In this document: piece by piece, positions 38,484-49,438 of the stretch
How the letters are laid out: every line of letters begins with the position of its first letter
How positions within the stretch are numbered: the first letter of the stretch is position 1
Source: Desulfatiglandales bacterium
GTDB taxonomy: Bacteria > Desulfobacterota > DSM-4660 > Desulfatiglandales > Desulfatiglandaceae
Direction of reading: 5' to 3'
Length of the DNA: 64,000 nt
Assembly (NCBI GenBank): GCA_963662465.1
Contig: OY759599.1
Coordinates: forward strand, 3,840,001 to 3,904,000
Position numbers and translations under genes: made by a program
Notes under the pieces: generated by a model
Database searches by the model: none
Told to the model about the DNA's origin: nothing
The model's input: only the letters and a program-made list of their open reading frames with translations

Positions 38484-40673
38484 TCAAGATCCTGATTTAA
38501 ATGAATCTTCCCGGTTGCCAAGCCGGTCCAGAATAAATTTAAAGGAAGGTTTCTTCAGAAATTTTTCCAGTTTGGTGGTGTATTTTGCCCCACCCCAGTT
38601 GAGTACCGAAGCCATGGCCGGGATTTCCAGCCGCATGAAAAACTGAGCAATTTCCCGAACCGAACGATACAGGGTGCGGTCCCCCTGAATGACCATGATG
38701 ACCACATCCGCATGCATGGCGAGATACTCGGTAAAATCACTTTTCATGATCTGAGTAGAGTCGATGAGGACAATATCGAAGTTCTTTTTAACTTCGGCTA
38801 AAACAGACTGAAATACCAGACTGGCCTCAAGCGCATAGGCGGGCTCTGATGAAAAAATGAAGTTAACGTTCCGTTCGTAATCCGTGTAAATGGCATCATC
38901 AATGGTTACCTTTCCGGTCAGGACATCAGAAAATCCAGGGTGCTCAGGAGGAATAGCCAGCAGCTTTCTCAGGGTAGGATGGGCACTGGTGGCTTCGATG
39001 ATCAGAACGCTGGGCAGCATCTGCCCCAGGTGATGGGCGGTGTTCAAAATGATTTCAGTGGTGCCGCTTTGATGGTCCACCCCGTTAAAGAGAAAGAGTT
39101 TGGTATTATTGCGTACGGAATCGCGGTGCAACCGTAATGCCAGACTTCGCAATGCTTTGCTGGTGACCGATTCCGGCGCATCCAGGGTCACCCTTGCAAA
39201 GGAAACCCCTTGGGGCGCCCTCGATATGGGCCATGTGGCGGGATATCCCAGTGCACTGACAATATTTTTGGGGCTTGTAATGCGATTATCCATGAATTCG
39301 ATGATGAACAGGATAAATGTGATCAACCCAAAGGGCAATGCCAGACAGACCATAAAAAGGGTTTTGGCATTACTCCCGGCCTGGGAATTGGGTTTTCGCG
39401 CCTTAGTGGAAATGGATACGCGACTGGCCACATTGGACTGAACCACCAGCTCATTGATTCGGGATTCATACTTGAACTGGAGTTCCCGCATATGCCTTAA
39501 CTCCGCCTGAATCTGTTCCCCCAGGATGAGCCGTTCCGAATTGGTTGCCGCCTCATCCTTGGCGGCCTGCAATCGCAAATGGATATCCGCCATGGATGTT
39601 TTAATGCTTTCATATTGCGCTTTCGCCTCAATCAGCTTTTTTTCCAGATCATATTCCCGTTCGCCGTAGATGACCTTCCTTGCCAGTTCACGAACTTCCT
39701 CCGTCATGTCCAGCTCATACTGGCGCATGGATTTCATTCGTTCCTCGGTGTATTTTCGTTCCCTGTTTTCCGAGGTCAATCCATCAAGGCTGGATCGCAT
39801 CTCCTGCATCTTCTGATAGGTCCAGGACTGGGTCGAATCAAGCCCCCAGTCGTTGGCAACCATTTTTTCCACCTGGGGTTCCATTGAAAGCTTTGAAATT
39901 TCATTCTTTTCCTTGGTCCGTTGCCCATAAAGATGTTCCGCATCCACCAGTTGCAGATAGAGCTTCACATAGGCATGCTGGAGTTGCTCCGCCCGTTTGA
40001 AATAGAAGTTAAAGGCTTCACTGAAACTGCTGGTATTGGTCAATTTGGCCAACTCCTGAAGTCGGGTCTGTTTTTCAAGAATCTGATTTTTCAGTACATT
40101 ACGCTCCGAGCGAAGGTAGTCAAGACGCAGGTCATTCTGGGCCCGCTTCTCCGAGTCAACGGTTTTCTTGTATACCATCATGATATTGTTTAAAGTGGCG
40201 GCAAGCCCCTCAGGTTTATCCCCCTGAATGGCCAGGTCAATAAGATACGTGCGACTAACCGGTTTAATATAGAGTCTCCCAGCCAGCAAAACAGCGCAGG
40301 CTCTCGAGGAAAAACCTCTTGGGAAAAGGGCGTTTTTCTGTTCAGGCGTCAGTATGTCGATGGCTTTTTCAAGAATCTTCAAATCTCGCAGGCGCATGGC
40401 CTGGGTCTGGGTAAAATCCTTGTATTGCATCAGGATCGAACTTTCTTCCCCTTTTCCGATGATGGATTGGACCACAGGCTCGATTTTCAGACAGGCGGAA
40501 GCTTTATAGAAAGGCTTGATGCCCAGAAGGGCAAAAGGCGCCAGCAGGGTAAAACCGAAATTACCCATAACAAAAATGATAACGATATTGCGGGAAAAGA
40601 ACCTGACAATATCAATGGGCTTGTTTTTTTTGGTCCCCGGAAGAAGCGCCCCGTCACTGCCTGCCATTGCCAT
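38484..40673 (-). CDS. Wzc-like polysaccharide co-polymerase (degenerate kinase domain)
   Basis: TM, periplasmic coiled coil, TM, DNRI motif, P-loop-like domain with FDIVLIDS. Walker A position reads NGVDHQSGTT. Confidence 0.75.
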   Translation of the reverse strand: MAMAGSDGALLPGTKKNKPIDIVRFFSRNIVIIFVMGNFGFTLLAPFALLGIKPFYKASACLKIEPVVQSIIGKGEESSILMQYKDFTQTQAMRLRDLKILEKAIDILTPEQKNALFPRGFSSRACAVLLAGRLYIKPVSRTYLIDLAIQGDKPEGLAATLNNIMMVYKKTVDSEKRAQNDLRLDYLRSERNVLKNQILEKQTRLQELAKLTNTSSFSEAFNFYFKRAEQLQHAYVKLYLQLVDAEHLYGQRTKEKNEISKLSMEPQVEKMVANDWGLDSTQSWTYQKMQEMRSSLDGLTSENRERKYTEERMKSMRQYELDMTEEVRELARKVIYGEREYDLEKKLIEAKAQYESIKTSMADIHLRLQAAKDEAATNSERLILGEQIQAELRHMRELQFKYESRINELVVQSNVASRVSISTKARKPNSQAGSNAKTLFMVCLALPFGLITFILFIIEFMDNRITSPKNIVSALGYPATWPISRAPQGVSFARVTLDAPESVTSKALRSLALRLHRDSVRNNTKLFLFNGVDHQSGTTEIILNTAHHLGQMLPSVLIIEATSAHPTLRKLLAIPPEHPGFSDVLTGKVTIDDAIYTDYERNVNFIFSSEPAYALEASLVFQSVLAEVKKNFDIVLIDSTQIMKSDFTEYLAMHADVVIMVIQGDRTLYRSVREIAQFFMRLEIPAMASVLNWGGAKYTTKLEKFLKKPSFKFILDRLGNREDSFKSGS

Positions 40674-40675
40674 TG

Positions 40676-42487
40676 CTAATCCTTGGATTTTGAAGGATTG
40701 AAACGATTGAATGCTGAAGAAATGGTTCTTTTTTCTTCCCTGGATAGAAACAGCTTCCAAACCAGCAGAAAAGTGAGCGTCAGATGGAAACACCCCAGAA
40801 TTAGCACTTGGGCGGCGGAAGTCCAACGACCTGTTGTGGGCACCGCAAAGGTCAGAACATACACCGCCGCGGCTGATAGGGCCGGCGCCAGACCGGGTCC
40901 GAGAGCTGTCCCCAGGGTTTCATGCCAGGATATATGAAATGCATGGTGGGTTCGCCAGAAAAAATAAACGCTGCCCAGGGTCGAACTGAAAAGGATGCCG
41001 AGTGCCGTCCCGGTAATGCCGAAAAGGAAGGTGCCGGCGGGTATCCAAACCAAGGCCAGCACAAACTGTATAATGAGGTATTCCAGTTCGCGTCCGGCCC
41101 GATTGATGCCGCGAACCATGAGTCCGGCCGGTCCCGTGCCTTGATGGATCATGTTGGCAAGGCTGATCAGAACCAGAACGGATACGGCAGGCAAATATTC
41201 ATTACCCACCCAGGCGGTAATCAGGGGCCTGGCCGCGGCCATTAGAAAGGAAAAGATGGTCACATTGATCAGGTTGATATGCCGAAGACCTTTTAAATAA
41301 AGGCCCCTGAGACTTTCTCCCAGAAGGCGGTCCTCGGAAAGGAGCCTTCCATGGAACTTCTTGAGCTGCAATAGGAGCAACATGACGATCAGAATAGCTG
41401 CAATGGCGACAAAGTGATATGGAATTTGAATGCCCGGTACAATTTTTTCCCCGATTTCCTGGATCCAAAAGAGCCCGGGAAGGAGTGCCACGATTGCGGA
41501 AGCGAGGCCAAGGCCGAGATATTTTTTGGCTCTTTCGGATAATGGAATGCTGTCCCCTCTCTCCCATCTGCCGCCCATGTGCGAAGCGGCAGGGAGTAGC
41601 GGACCAAAGGCGGCGCGGGAAATGTTTCTACCGGTAAACGGAAATTTTCGCCCCACCTCGAAAAGACCCGTTGCTTTGAGACCGAGCAGGGCGGTGATCA
41701 CCATGCGATCCAGGGATGCCAGGAAAATGGCAAGGGCGCCAAGGACCTGAACTTTGCTGCCGAACACAAAAAGGTCTTTGAATGCCTGTTTGGAAATCAG
41801 TCTCGGATGAAGCTTCAGGCTTGGCAGTTTTTTGAAGGCCAGCCATGTACAGGCGATCATTTCCGCCAGGGTCTTAATGATGTATGCATAGAGCAGCCCC
41901 TCAATGCCAAATCCGAGGGGAAGGAATAGAACGACCATGGCCACTTCAAACAAGGACGCCGATACGTTGATCCCTTTGGACAGTGCGATTTCCTGAAGAC
42001 CTTCAAGGGTAGCCCGGAAACCACCCAGGGTAAAATCAAGACAGAAGGCCAGGGCCGTTCCCAGAATCATGAATGATGCAATGGGCATGAGCTCCGACGA
42101 CACATGGAAGAAGCGAAGGATATAGGGAAGCGCCAGATATAGGACAGCGTAAAATACCACGCAAAAAACGGTCATACACAATATGCCGGTGGAAAGGAGA
42201 CTTCCGATGGCCGAATGGTCCTGTTTGGCATGGTATTCGGCCGTAAATTTTATGTAGGCGCCATTTACGCCGACGGCCCCCAGTCCAGCATAGGAAAGGA
42301 TGACGAAACACATGGACCACAAACCGAATTGGGCCAGGTTTACATAGTGAAGGATGAAAGGGGTCAGCGCCAGACGGCTCAAAAAATAGATCCCCACGGC
42401 GCCCATGCCGGCAATGGAATTTTTGGCGACTTTCCGGCCGATGCGCCGATTATTGTCCTGTTCGAGGACTGTTGATTCGGATGCCAT
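40676..42487 (-). CDS. Wzx-type oligosaccharide flippase
   Basis: KVAKNS, LTPFILHYV...FGLW, LDRMVI..LLG..ATG.FEVG; polytopic. Confidence 0.85.
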   Translation of the reverse strand: MASESTVLEQDNNRRIGRKVAKNSIAGMGAVGIYFLSRLALTPFILHYVNLAQFGLWSMCFVILSYAGLGAVGVNGAYIKFTAEYHAKQDHSAIGSLLSTGILCMTVFCVVFYAVLYLALPYILRFFHVSSELMPIASFMILGTALAFCLDFTLGGFRATLEGLQEIALSKGINVSASLFEVAMVVLFLPLGFGIEGLLYAYIIKTLAEMIACTWLAFKKLPSLKLHPRLISKQAFKDLFVFGSKVQVLGALAIFLASLDRMVITALLGLKATGLFEVGRKFPFTGRNISRAAFGPLLPAASHMGGRWERGDSIPLSERAKKYLGLGLASAIVALLPGLFWIQEIGEKIVPGIQIPYHFVAIAAILIVMLLLLQLKKFHGRLLSEDRLLGESLRGLYLKGLRHINLINVTIFSFLMAAARPLITAWVGNEYLPAVSVLVLISLANMIHQGTGPAGLMVRGINRAGRELEYLIIQFVLALVWIPAGTFLFGITGTALGILFSSTLGSVYFFWRTHHAFHISWHETLGTALGPGLAPALSAAAVYVLTFAVPTTGRWTSAAQVLILGCFHLTLTFLLVWKLFLSREEKRTISSAFNRFNPSKSKD

Positions 42488-42722
42488 TGTCAGTTTCAAG
42501 CCTCTCATCTCTTTTCCCGGATAATAGCCGGAAATGAAGGACTTCGTCAAGGTCTTGCACCTTTTTCAACATCATTTTGGCGGTTTTAGGGAGCACTCGC
42601 AACAATTTGATCTTTACTTGTGTTGAATGGAAATGTATCATAAACCCAATTTATTCCCATATATGAATCATATCAAGGCATTTTTGGGGTTTAAATCCAT
42701 TGCAAAGGAAAGGTTATCTGAA

Positions 42723-43622
42723 ATGAAAGGAATTATATTGGCCGGCGGGTCCGGGACACGCCTTTACCCCATCACCCGCGTGGTCAGCAAGCAGTTGATG
42801 CCGGTTTATGACAAGCCCATGATTTATTATCCACTCTCGGTCTTGATGCTGGCCGGCATTCGAGAAATCCTGATTATTTCGACCCCTGAAGACCTGCCCC
42901 GTTTCAGGGAACTTCTGGGAGATGGCGCAAATATCGGCATCTCCCTTTCCTATCGTGAGCAACCCAAACCCGAAGGGCTGGCTCAGGCGTTTGTCATTGG
43001 AAAAGAATTTATTGGCGAAGAAAATGTCGCCCTGGTGCTGGGGGACAATATCTTTTATGGTCACACCCTGTCCTTCATCCTTCAGAGAGCTGCCGCCCTT
43101 GAAAGCGGAGGGGTTATTTTCGGTTATCTGGTGCGGGACCCACAGCGGTATGGGGTGGTGGATTTTGACGAAACCGGAAGGGTCACCAGCATTGAGGAAA
43201 AACCGCAAAATCCCAAATCAAGGTATGCGGTTCCCGGGCTTTATTTTTATGACAACCAGGTGGTTGAAATCGCGGAAAATCTGAAGCCATCCCCCAGGGG
43301 AGAGCTTGAAATTACGGATATCAATCTGGAATATTTAAGACGGGGGGCGCTTCGCGTGGAACTTTTGGGGCGTGGTTTTGCCTGGCTTGATACGGGAACC
43401 CATGAATCGTTGCAGCAGGCGGGGGATTTTGTCAAATCCATCCAGGACCGGCAGGGCTTGAAAATCGGCTGTATCGAAGAAATTGCCTTTCGCCTCGGCT
43501 ATATTGACGCCGATCAGATCAGGGGGCTCGCAAAAGACATGCTCAAAAATGATTACGGCCGATATCTGATGGAAATTCTTGAAAACGAGGACAACCGGAA
43601 AAATGACCCTGAAATTTACTGA
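42723..43622 (+). CDS. rfbA: Glucose-1-phosphate thymidylyltransferase
   Basis: [55 protein letters not shown]. Confidence 0.97.
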   Translation: MKGIILAGGSGTRLYPITRVVSKQLMPVYDKPMIYYPLSVLMLAGIREILIISTPEDLPRFRELLGDGANIGISLSYREQPKPEGLAQAFVIGKEFIGEENVALVLGDNIFYGHTLSFILQRAAALESGGVIFGYLVRDPQRYGVVDFDETGRVTSIEEKPQNPKSRYAVPGLYFYDNQVVEIAENLKPSPRGELEITDINLEYLRRGALRVELLGRGFAWLDTGTHESLQQAGDFVKSIQDRQGLKIGCIEEIAFRLGYIDADQIRGLAKDMLKNDYGRYLMEILENEDNRKNDPEIY

Positions 43623-44175
43623 AAAGTCACTGCCCGACGTTTTGTTAATCGAACCCAAGGTGTTTCAGGATGATCGAGGGTTTTTCATGGAAACCTTCCA
43701 TGCTGAAAAATATGTTGAGATCGGCATTTCCCGCCCCTTTGTTCAGGATAACCATTCCCATTCCCGGCGCGGCACCCTTCGCGGGCTTCACTACCAGCTC
43801 AAACATCCTCAGGGAAAACTGGTCTATGTGGTGAAGGGCGAAATTCTGGATGTTGCGGTGGACATTCGGAAAGGTTCCCCCGGTTTCGGGCGATGGACCG
43901 GCAATCTTCTTTCGGAAAAAAATAAATATCAGCTTTATATCCCTGAAGGGTTTGCGCACGGTTTCTGTGTTTTGAGTGAAACAGCCGATGTGCTCTATAA
44001 ATGCACGGATCTTTATGCGCCGGGCGATGAGTATGGGGTGTTTTGGGCGGATGATGCCATTGATATTGTCTGGCCCATGGAAAATCCGATCCTTTCGGAG
44101 AAGGATTTGAAAAACCCCATGCTTGCGGATATCGAGGAAGCGCATTTGCCCCTTTATAAAAATGGGAAGGAATAA
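43603..44175 (+). CDS. rfbC: dTDP-4-dehydrorhamnose 3,5-epimerase
   Basis: [39 protein letters not shown]. Confidence 0.96.
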   Translation: MTLKFTEKSLPDVLLIEPKVFQDDRGFFMETFHAEKYVEIGISRPFVQDNHSHSRRGTLRGLHYQLKHPQGKLVYVVKGEILDVAVDIRKGSPGFGRWTGNLLSEKNKYQLYIPEGFAHGFCVLSETADVLYKCTDLYAPGDEYGVFWADDAIDIVWPMENPILSEKDLKNPMLADIEEAHLPLYKNGKE

Positions 44176-44178
44176 CCC

Positions 44179-45720
44179 ATGAGCGATGAGACCATTGTAA
44201 TTTTAGGAATCCCCGTGGATAATCTGACCATGGATATGGCGGTAAATCGCATCTTTAGCATGGTGGACGATTATGCCGAAGACGAGCGCGCCCGCCTGGT
44301 GGCCACGGTCAATGTGGATTTTCTAGTCAACACCCATGCCTGGTTGAGAAAACATGTTCGCCATCCGGAACTCCTGGATATTCTGAGGCGCGCGGATCTG
44401 GTGACTGCCGATGGAATGCCCATTGTCTGGGCCAGTAAACTTTTGGGAACACCGCTCAAAGAACGGGTCACCGGCGCCGATCTGGTGCCCAGGCTTGCGG
44501 AAGAGGCGTCAAAACGCAGGAAATCCATCTTCTTCCTGGGAGGGCGGGGAGACGTTGGGCAAAGGGCCGCAGATTTGCTCAAAGAGCGGTATCCGAGCTT
44601 TGAGGTTGCCGGCGTTTATTCCCCCTTCGTGCATGTGGAAGGGGAAGCGATCCTGGAAACGGAAGAAGTTGATCGGGAAATCGTGGAACGGATCAACCAG
44701 TCCGGGGCCGATATCCTGCTGCTGGCATTCGGCAATCCCAAACAGGAGATCTGGTTTGAGCGAAACCGGCGACAGTTGAAAGTCCCTGTTTCCATCGGTA
44801 TCGGCGGCACCTATGAGTTTATTGTGGGATCGGTGGCGCGAGCCCCGGAATGGATGCAGAAAAGCGGCACCGAGTGGATTTTCAGAATCACCCAGGATCC
44901 AAAACGGTTGATCAAACGGTATCTGGTGGGATTTTTAAAATTTGGGTTTATGATTGGGCCGGCGCTTCTTTACTATCGATACCGGAACCTTCGATACAAG
45001 CGGTCGAACCTTGCACCGTCCGCTCCGGAAAGTGAACCGTCAACCATTGCCGACGACATGAAAATCATCCATTTCCCATCGCGTGTGGATGCTCTTTTTG
45101 TTAAGGAGAGTGGTGAAAAAGTTGCTGATGCCATTGGTAAAGCGGCTTATCTGGTTCTCAATTTCAAACAAACCGACTTTATTGACTCATCGGGGCTCGG
45201 ACTCATTGTCAAACTCTGGAAACGCGGTGCTGAAACGGAAACGGGAATTTATTTTACAGGGATTCATGCGACTGTTGTGCAATTTTTCAAGCTGACGCGA
45301 TTGTGGGATCTTTTTTCGGAAAAATCCTATGATAATTTGGATCAATTGCTGAAACACCTCCATCAGGACAAGCTGTTGCCGCCATTTTTTATGATGGTGA
45401 CCGATGAGACGCCCGATGTGGTTGTCCTCCGGCTTTCCGGAAGGCTTGATGGGGTTCTGATGGCCAAAATTCGAATGGATGTGGTGATTAAGAATGTGGG
45501 TGAACGACACTGCATTTTCGATCTATCCGACATGGCGTTTGTGGATAATTCAGGCATTTTCTTCTTTTTAACAATCCGGAAGGCCCTTGCACAAAAGGGT
45601 AAAACATGCGCTCTCTGCAATGTGAGCGGCAACGTGCTTCAGATTTTCCGCATCTCAAAGCTGATTCATCTGTTCACCCTGGCAACCGATGTGGATAAAG
45701 CAAAGAAAAAGCTTAATTGA
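44179..45720 (+). CDS. WecB/TagA/CpsF glycosyltransferase fused to two STAS domains
   Basis: TVNVD, ADGMPIVW, ERVTGADL, FGNPKQE, RAPEWMQ..G.EW.FR; STAS motifs FIDSSGLG and FVDNSGI. Confidence 0.88.
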   Translation: MSDETIVILGIPVDNLTMDMAVNRIFSMVDDYAEDERARLVATVNVDFLVNTHAWLRKHVRHPELLDILRRADLVTADGMPIVWASKLLGTPLKERVTGADLVPRLAEEASKRRKSIFFLGGRGDVGQRAADLLKERYPSFEVAGVYSPFVHVEGEAILETEEVDREIVERINQSGADILLLAFGNPKQEIWFERNRRQLKVPVSIGIGGTYEFIVGSVARAPEWMQKSGTEWIFRITQDPKRLIKRYLVGFLKFGFMIGPALLYYRYRNLRYKRSNLAPSAPESEPSTIADDMKIIHFPSRVDALFVKESGEKVADAIGKAAYLVLNFKQTDFIDSSGLGLIVKLWKRGAETETGIYFTGIHATVVQFFKLTRLWDLFSEKSYDNLDQLLKHLHQDKLLPPFFMMVTDETPDVVVLRLSGRLDGVLMAKIRMDVVIKNVGERHCIFDLSDMAFVDNSGIFFFLTIRKALAQKGKTCALCNVSGNVLQIFRISKLIHLFTLATDVDKAKKKLN

Positions 45721-45737
45721 TCACAAGCTGCCGACCC

Positions 45738-47264
45738 TTATCTCTTTCTGGAAAAAACGCCACGGATATAGGACGCAAACAGCTTGAAATCGTGCCCCAG
45801 TCCTCCGATGGAGGAATAGAATACCTCCGCCGTGTAAAGCTCATCTTCCGTGGGTATTTCACCGTAGTTGACGTAGGCCTCGGTGATAATGCCCGGTTTG
45901 GATTTCAAATACAGATCCTTCCAGTCAGGGCTCAATGCCTCGATCTCTTCTTTGGACCTGGGATGAACGCCTACGAAGTGCAGGTTTCCCTTTGCGATGC
46001 AAACCAGGGCCGGTAGAAATTGAAAGATAAGGTGATGAAGCTTTTCGTTTTTTGAGGGCTCCCTTCTTTGGAGTGAACTCCGGCTATGGGGTAGAAAGCT
46101 TAGGAAGTTGAATGTCCGCCAAAAAGCGTCATCGGCTTGCGTCGGCAGCCTAACCACCTTTTTCTTGAAAATTGCAGGACCACGCCGAAAAAGCTTCAAT
46201 ACCAACGGGACCCCCAGCAAAAGTGGCCAAACAAGAAGCAATAACGCGCAGGCCGCGATTTGAGAAATTACCGTTCTTAAGCGACGCCCCAGTGTTGAAG
46301 CGGATACGCCGCCTAAAATAAAATTCTCGGGGATCGAAACCGCCGTGCCGAATCGGGTATTGATCAGGCGGTTTTTGTCTACGATCACATCCTTTAATTC
46401 AAGGCCATCACCCACGTAGGTGTTCGAAAAAATGACGGCGTTTTCAACAATGGAGCCCGAATCAAGGACGCATTCCTTGCCGATAACGCAATTGGGTCCT
46501 AACTGAACACCGCTGCCGATCCGGCAATCTTCATCAATGTAAACCGGTGATTCAATCTTTGTTGTGGGATGGAGACTCACATTTCGGGAAATCCAAATAC
46601 CGTCTTCCGCTTCGGCGCCTTTCAGGAAAAGGCCGGTGAATTCTTTTTTAAGGAGGACGCGATGGCTCATAAGTATGGCTTCATAGGTTTGAAAACTGAG
46701 CTGTTGGGCGACGGTTACCCAGGATGCCGTTTCCTTGGCCTGGGACAGAAAATGCGTTTTAAGATGCCCTTCATCCGTATTTTCCGGAATATTTTTGATG
46801 TAGGTTTCGGGGATCAATGCCCAGCCTGTCCAGTCCCATTCATTTGGGCTTTCGGATTCGGACGGGTTGGCCCAGAATGTGGGCATGCCCTCCCCTGATT
46901 GAAAATTTTCAACCGCTTTTTTAAGATTAATTTGGGGCAGACGATCCGCGTGGGCCAGCAGAAGGATTTCGTCGGGGTTGTCAAATTTCAAGGTCTTGAG
47001 CGGTTCGTAGGGTGATAGAGGGTCTTGCGCCAGATGGTATCTGAACGTGGTTCCCCAACGGCTGCCGTCTCCCAGCAACGCTTCGATTTTTTCAGGCAAA
47101 TGGCTGAGAATAAATTCAAAGCGGGTAACGCCCTGCCCGATGAGAAATTCGACAGCATGCTGAATAAATGGGCGATCTACCAGGGGCAGAAGGGGTGTCG
47201 GATAATGTTTGTTCAGGGCTTCAAGCCCAGGGTTGAGGCCCGGGGCTATAACGAGGGCAATCAT
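45738..47264 (-). CDS. NDP-sugar pyrophosphorylase-like + left-handed beta-helix + sugar-transferase-like fusion
   Basis: PTPLLPLVDRPFIQH, GDGSRWG, hexapeptide repeats, C-terminal VG..PRS...KPGIITE. Confidence 0.7.
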   Translation of the reverse strand: MIALVIAPGLNPGLEALNKHYPTPLLPLVDRPFIQHAVEFLIGQGVTRFEFILSHLPEKIEALLGDGSRWGTTFRYHLAQDPLSPYEPLKTLKFDNPDEILLLAHADRLPQINLKKAVENFQSGEGMPTFWANPSESESPNEWDWTGWALIPETYIKNIPENTDEGHLKTHFLSQAKETASWVTVAQQLSFQTYEAILMSHRVLLKKEFTGLFLKGAEAEDGIWISRNVSLHPTTKIESPVYIDEDCRIGSGVQLGPNCVIGKECVLDSGSIVENAVIFSNTYVGDGLELKDVIVDKNRLINTRFGTAVSIPENFILGGVSASTLGRRLRTVISQIAACALLLLVWPLLLGVPLVLKLFRRGPAIFKKKVVRLPTQADDAFWRTFNFLSFLPHSRSSLQRREPSKNEKLHHLIFQFLPALVCIAKGNLHFVGVHPRSKEEIEALSPDWKDLYLKSKPGIITEAYVNYGEIPTEDELYTAEVFYSSIGGLGHDFKLFASYIRGVFSRKR

Positions 47265-47323
47265 AAGCCTATCCTTTCAGGGGTTTGACGCTTAGAATTT
47301 ATTTCCGAGTGTTGATTCCGTTC

Positions 47324-48115
47324 TCAATAGGCGCCTTTTCCCAACAAAACAGCCGGAATCGTGCTGAGAAGGAGCTTAATATCGAACCAGAGACTTCGGC
47401 TTTCGATATACTGCACATCAAGTTCTACCTGCTCATTAAAAGGGATGTCGCCCCGGCCGCTGACTTGCCAGATGCAGGTCAACCCAGGGATCACATCCAG
47501 CCTGCGTCGATCGGCCAGGGTATATTCCGCCACTTCCCTGGGAACCGGCGGTCGGGGGCCCACCAGGGACATATCCCCCTTGAAAACACACCAGAGTTGT
47601 GGCAGTTCATCAATACTCAATTTTCGAATGATCCGTCCGATCCAGGTAATCCTCGGGTCTTTTTTCATTTTGAAGGTAACGCTGTCTTCATGATCGCTTT
47701 GTTCCAACAGCTCGTCTTTGAGCGCTTCGGCATTTACAACCATGGACCTGAATTTGGGAAATGGAAACTCCCTCCCCCAAAGCCCGATCCGCGTTTGCCA
47801 GAACAATACGGGGCCTCCGTCCGTGAGTTTGATGCACAGGGCGACCACGAGAAAGATCGGCCAGAGGCAGAGCATCAAAAATCCGGAGGCAACCACATCG
47901 ATAATCCGTTTAAGAAGTTTTGCGCCGCCAACCACAATCATCCAGGCGTATTTTTTTCGCCAGAATCGGATTTGACGAATAAGTCCTGCGGGGCCCCCGG
48001 CGGCGCCGCCATATTTCCGGTAAAGTTCCTCCATCAGAGCAATACGTTGCCGACCCTCTGTTAAATACGATTTTTTTTCAGATTCCATCGGTTTCCCCAT
48101 GTTGATGATGGTCAT
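47324..48115 (-). CDS. Bacterial sugar transferase (priming phosphoglycosyl transferase)
   Basis: KRIIDV, KFRSM, DPRIT.IG.IIRKLSIDELPQL, MSLVGPRP, PGLTCIWQVSGR. Confidence 0.95.
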   Translation of the reverse strand: MTIINMGKPMESEKKSYLTEGRQRIALMEELYRKYGGAAGGPAGLIRQIRFWRKKYAWMIVVGGAKLLKRIIDVVASGFLMLCLWPIFLVVALCIKLTDGGPVLFWQTRIGLWGREFPFPKFRSMVVNAEALKDELLEQSDHEDSVTFKMKKDPRITWIGRIIRKLSIDELPQLWCVFKGDMSLVGPRPPVPREVAEYTLADRRRLDVIPGLTCIWQVSGRGDIPFNEQVELDVQYIESRSLWFDIKLLLSTIPAVLLGKGAY

Positions 48116-48372
48116 TCAAAAACGGTCCCATAATCTTTTTGTTACCTTCTGTTTTTGTAATCGCTAACCGGCAACTGTAAACCGTAAACGATTGCCTTTT
48201 TATTAACACCTTTTTTTGATCCTTGCAATCATATTGCCTCCGGTTCTCTAGAGACAAGGGATGCCGTGTCTCTACAGTTGCGATCGGAATTCCTGAAAAA
48301 GAACGGTTGCCCTTCGATGAACATTTTGGGTATCATAAAAAAATAATCACCTAAAAATTTGTTGGAGAAAAA

Positions 48373-49047
48373 ATGGAAAACCAAACCATTGTTATTTCTT
48401 TGGGAGGATCGATTATCGTTCCCAACCGGATTGATGTACCCTTTCTTAAAAAATTCAAGCAGATCATTATGGGATTCCAAGCAGATCGATTTGTGATCAT
48501 TTGCGGCGGCGGCAAGATTGCCAGAGATTACCAGGAAGCCGCCAAAGCGACTGCCGTTATTTCAACGGAAGATCTCGACTGGATCGGCATAGCCGCCACG
48601 CGCCTCAACGCCGAGCTGGTTCGGTCGAGTTTTGCCGATGAGGCCCATGAGAAAGTCATCCATGATCCTGATGAAAAAATTGATAACTCAAAACGCATCG
48701 TTATCGGCGCCGGTTTCAAACCTGGGAGTTCGACGGATTTACGCGCCGTGCAACTGGCAAAACGGTTTAACGCCGTCCGTGTGATCAACATGAGCAATAT
48801 CGATTATGTATACAGTGCAGATCCAAAAAAGGACTCTCAGGCAGAAAGAATGGAAAGCATTTCGTGGCCGGCATTCAGGAAGCTGGTGGGCAATGAATGG
48901 GATCCGGGATTGAGCATGCCTTTCGACCCTATCGCTTCCCGGGAGGCCGCCGCGCTGGGACTTGAAGTGGTGATTATTGGGAATGATATGGAGAACTTTG
49001 AGCGGCTCTTAAAAGGCGAAAAATTCCGGGGAACAATTATTTCCTGA
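48373..49047 (+). CDS. pyrH: UMP kinase, archaeal-type
   Basis: IVISLGGSII, GGGKIARDY, LDWIGIAATRLNA, PGSSTD, DYVYSADPK, PFDPIA, GTII. Confidence 0.85.
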   Translation: MENQTIVISLGGSIIVPNRIDVPFLKKFKQIIMGFQADRFVIICGGGKIARDYQEAAKATAVISTEDLDWIGIAATRLNAELVRSSFADEAHEKVIHDPDEKIDNSKRIVIGAGFKPGSSTDLRAVQLAKRFNAVRVINMSNIDYVYSADPKKDSQAERMESISWPAFRKLVGNEWDPGLSMPFDPIASREAAALGLEVVIIGNDMENFERLLKGEKFRGTIIS

Positions 49048-49111
49048 AATGTTCACGGTTGTCGGTTCACGGTTTATGTTACCGTTAACCGATAACCGTT
49101 GACACTTGCCT

Positions 49112-49429
49112 TTATCCCTGTACCAGTTTTCCCAGGGTTTCCAGCTTTTCCCTGATTTCTTTCACCCAGGGCTCAATCAATTCCAGATGGTTATTCCGAA
49201 TCTCCCCTTCGATGGTTTTAGCCAATTCATAAATGTCCATCAAACCAAGATTTCCGGAAGCGCCTTTTATCGAGTGCGCCGCTTTGGCGGCTTTTTCCGC
49301 ATCTCCAGCTCCAACAGCCGATTCCAACTTGCTTAAATCGGCCATCCCTGTTTCCACGAGGAGGTCCACCAACTCCAGATATTCGTCTTCTTCCAGACCT
49401 AGATTATCCGCTAACGCTTTAATATCCAT
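49112..49429 (-). CDS. Hpt domain protein
   Basis: AHSIKGASGNLG. Confidence 0.9.
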   Translation of the reverse strand: MDIKALADNLGLEEDEYLELVDLLVETGMADLSKLESAVGAGDAEKAAKAAHSIKGASGNLGLMDIYELAKTIEGEIRNNHLELIEPWVKEIREKLETLGKLVQG

Positions 49430-49438
49430 CACTTCTCC

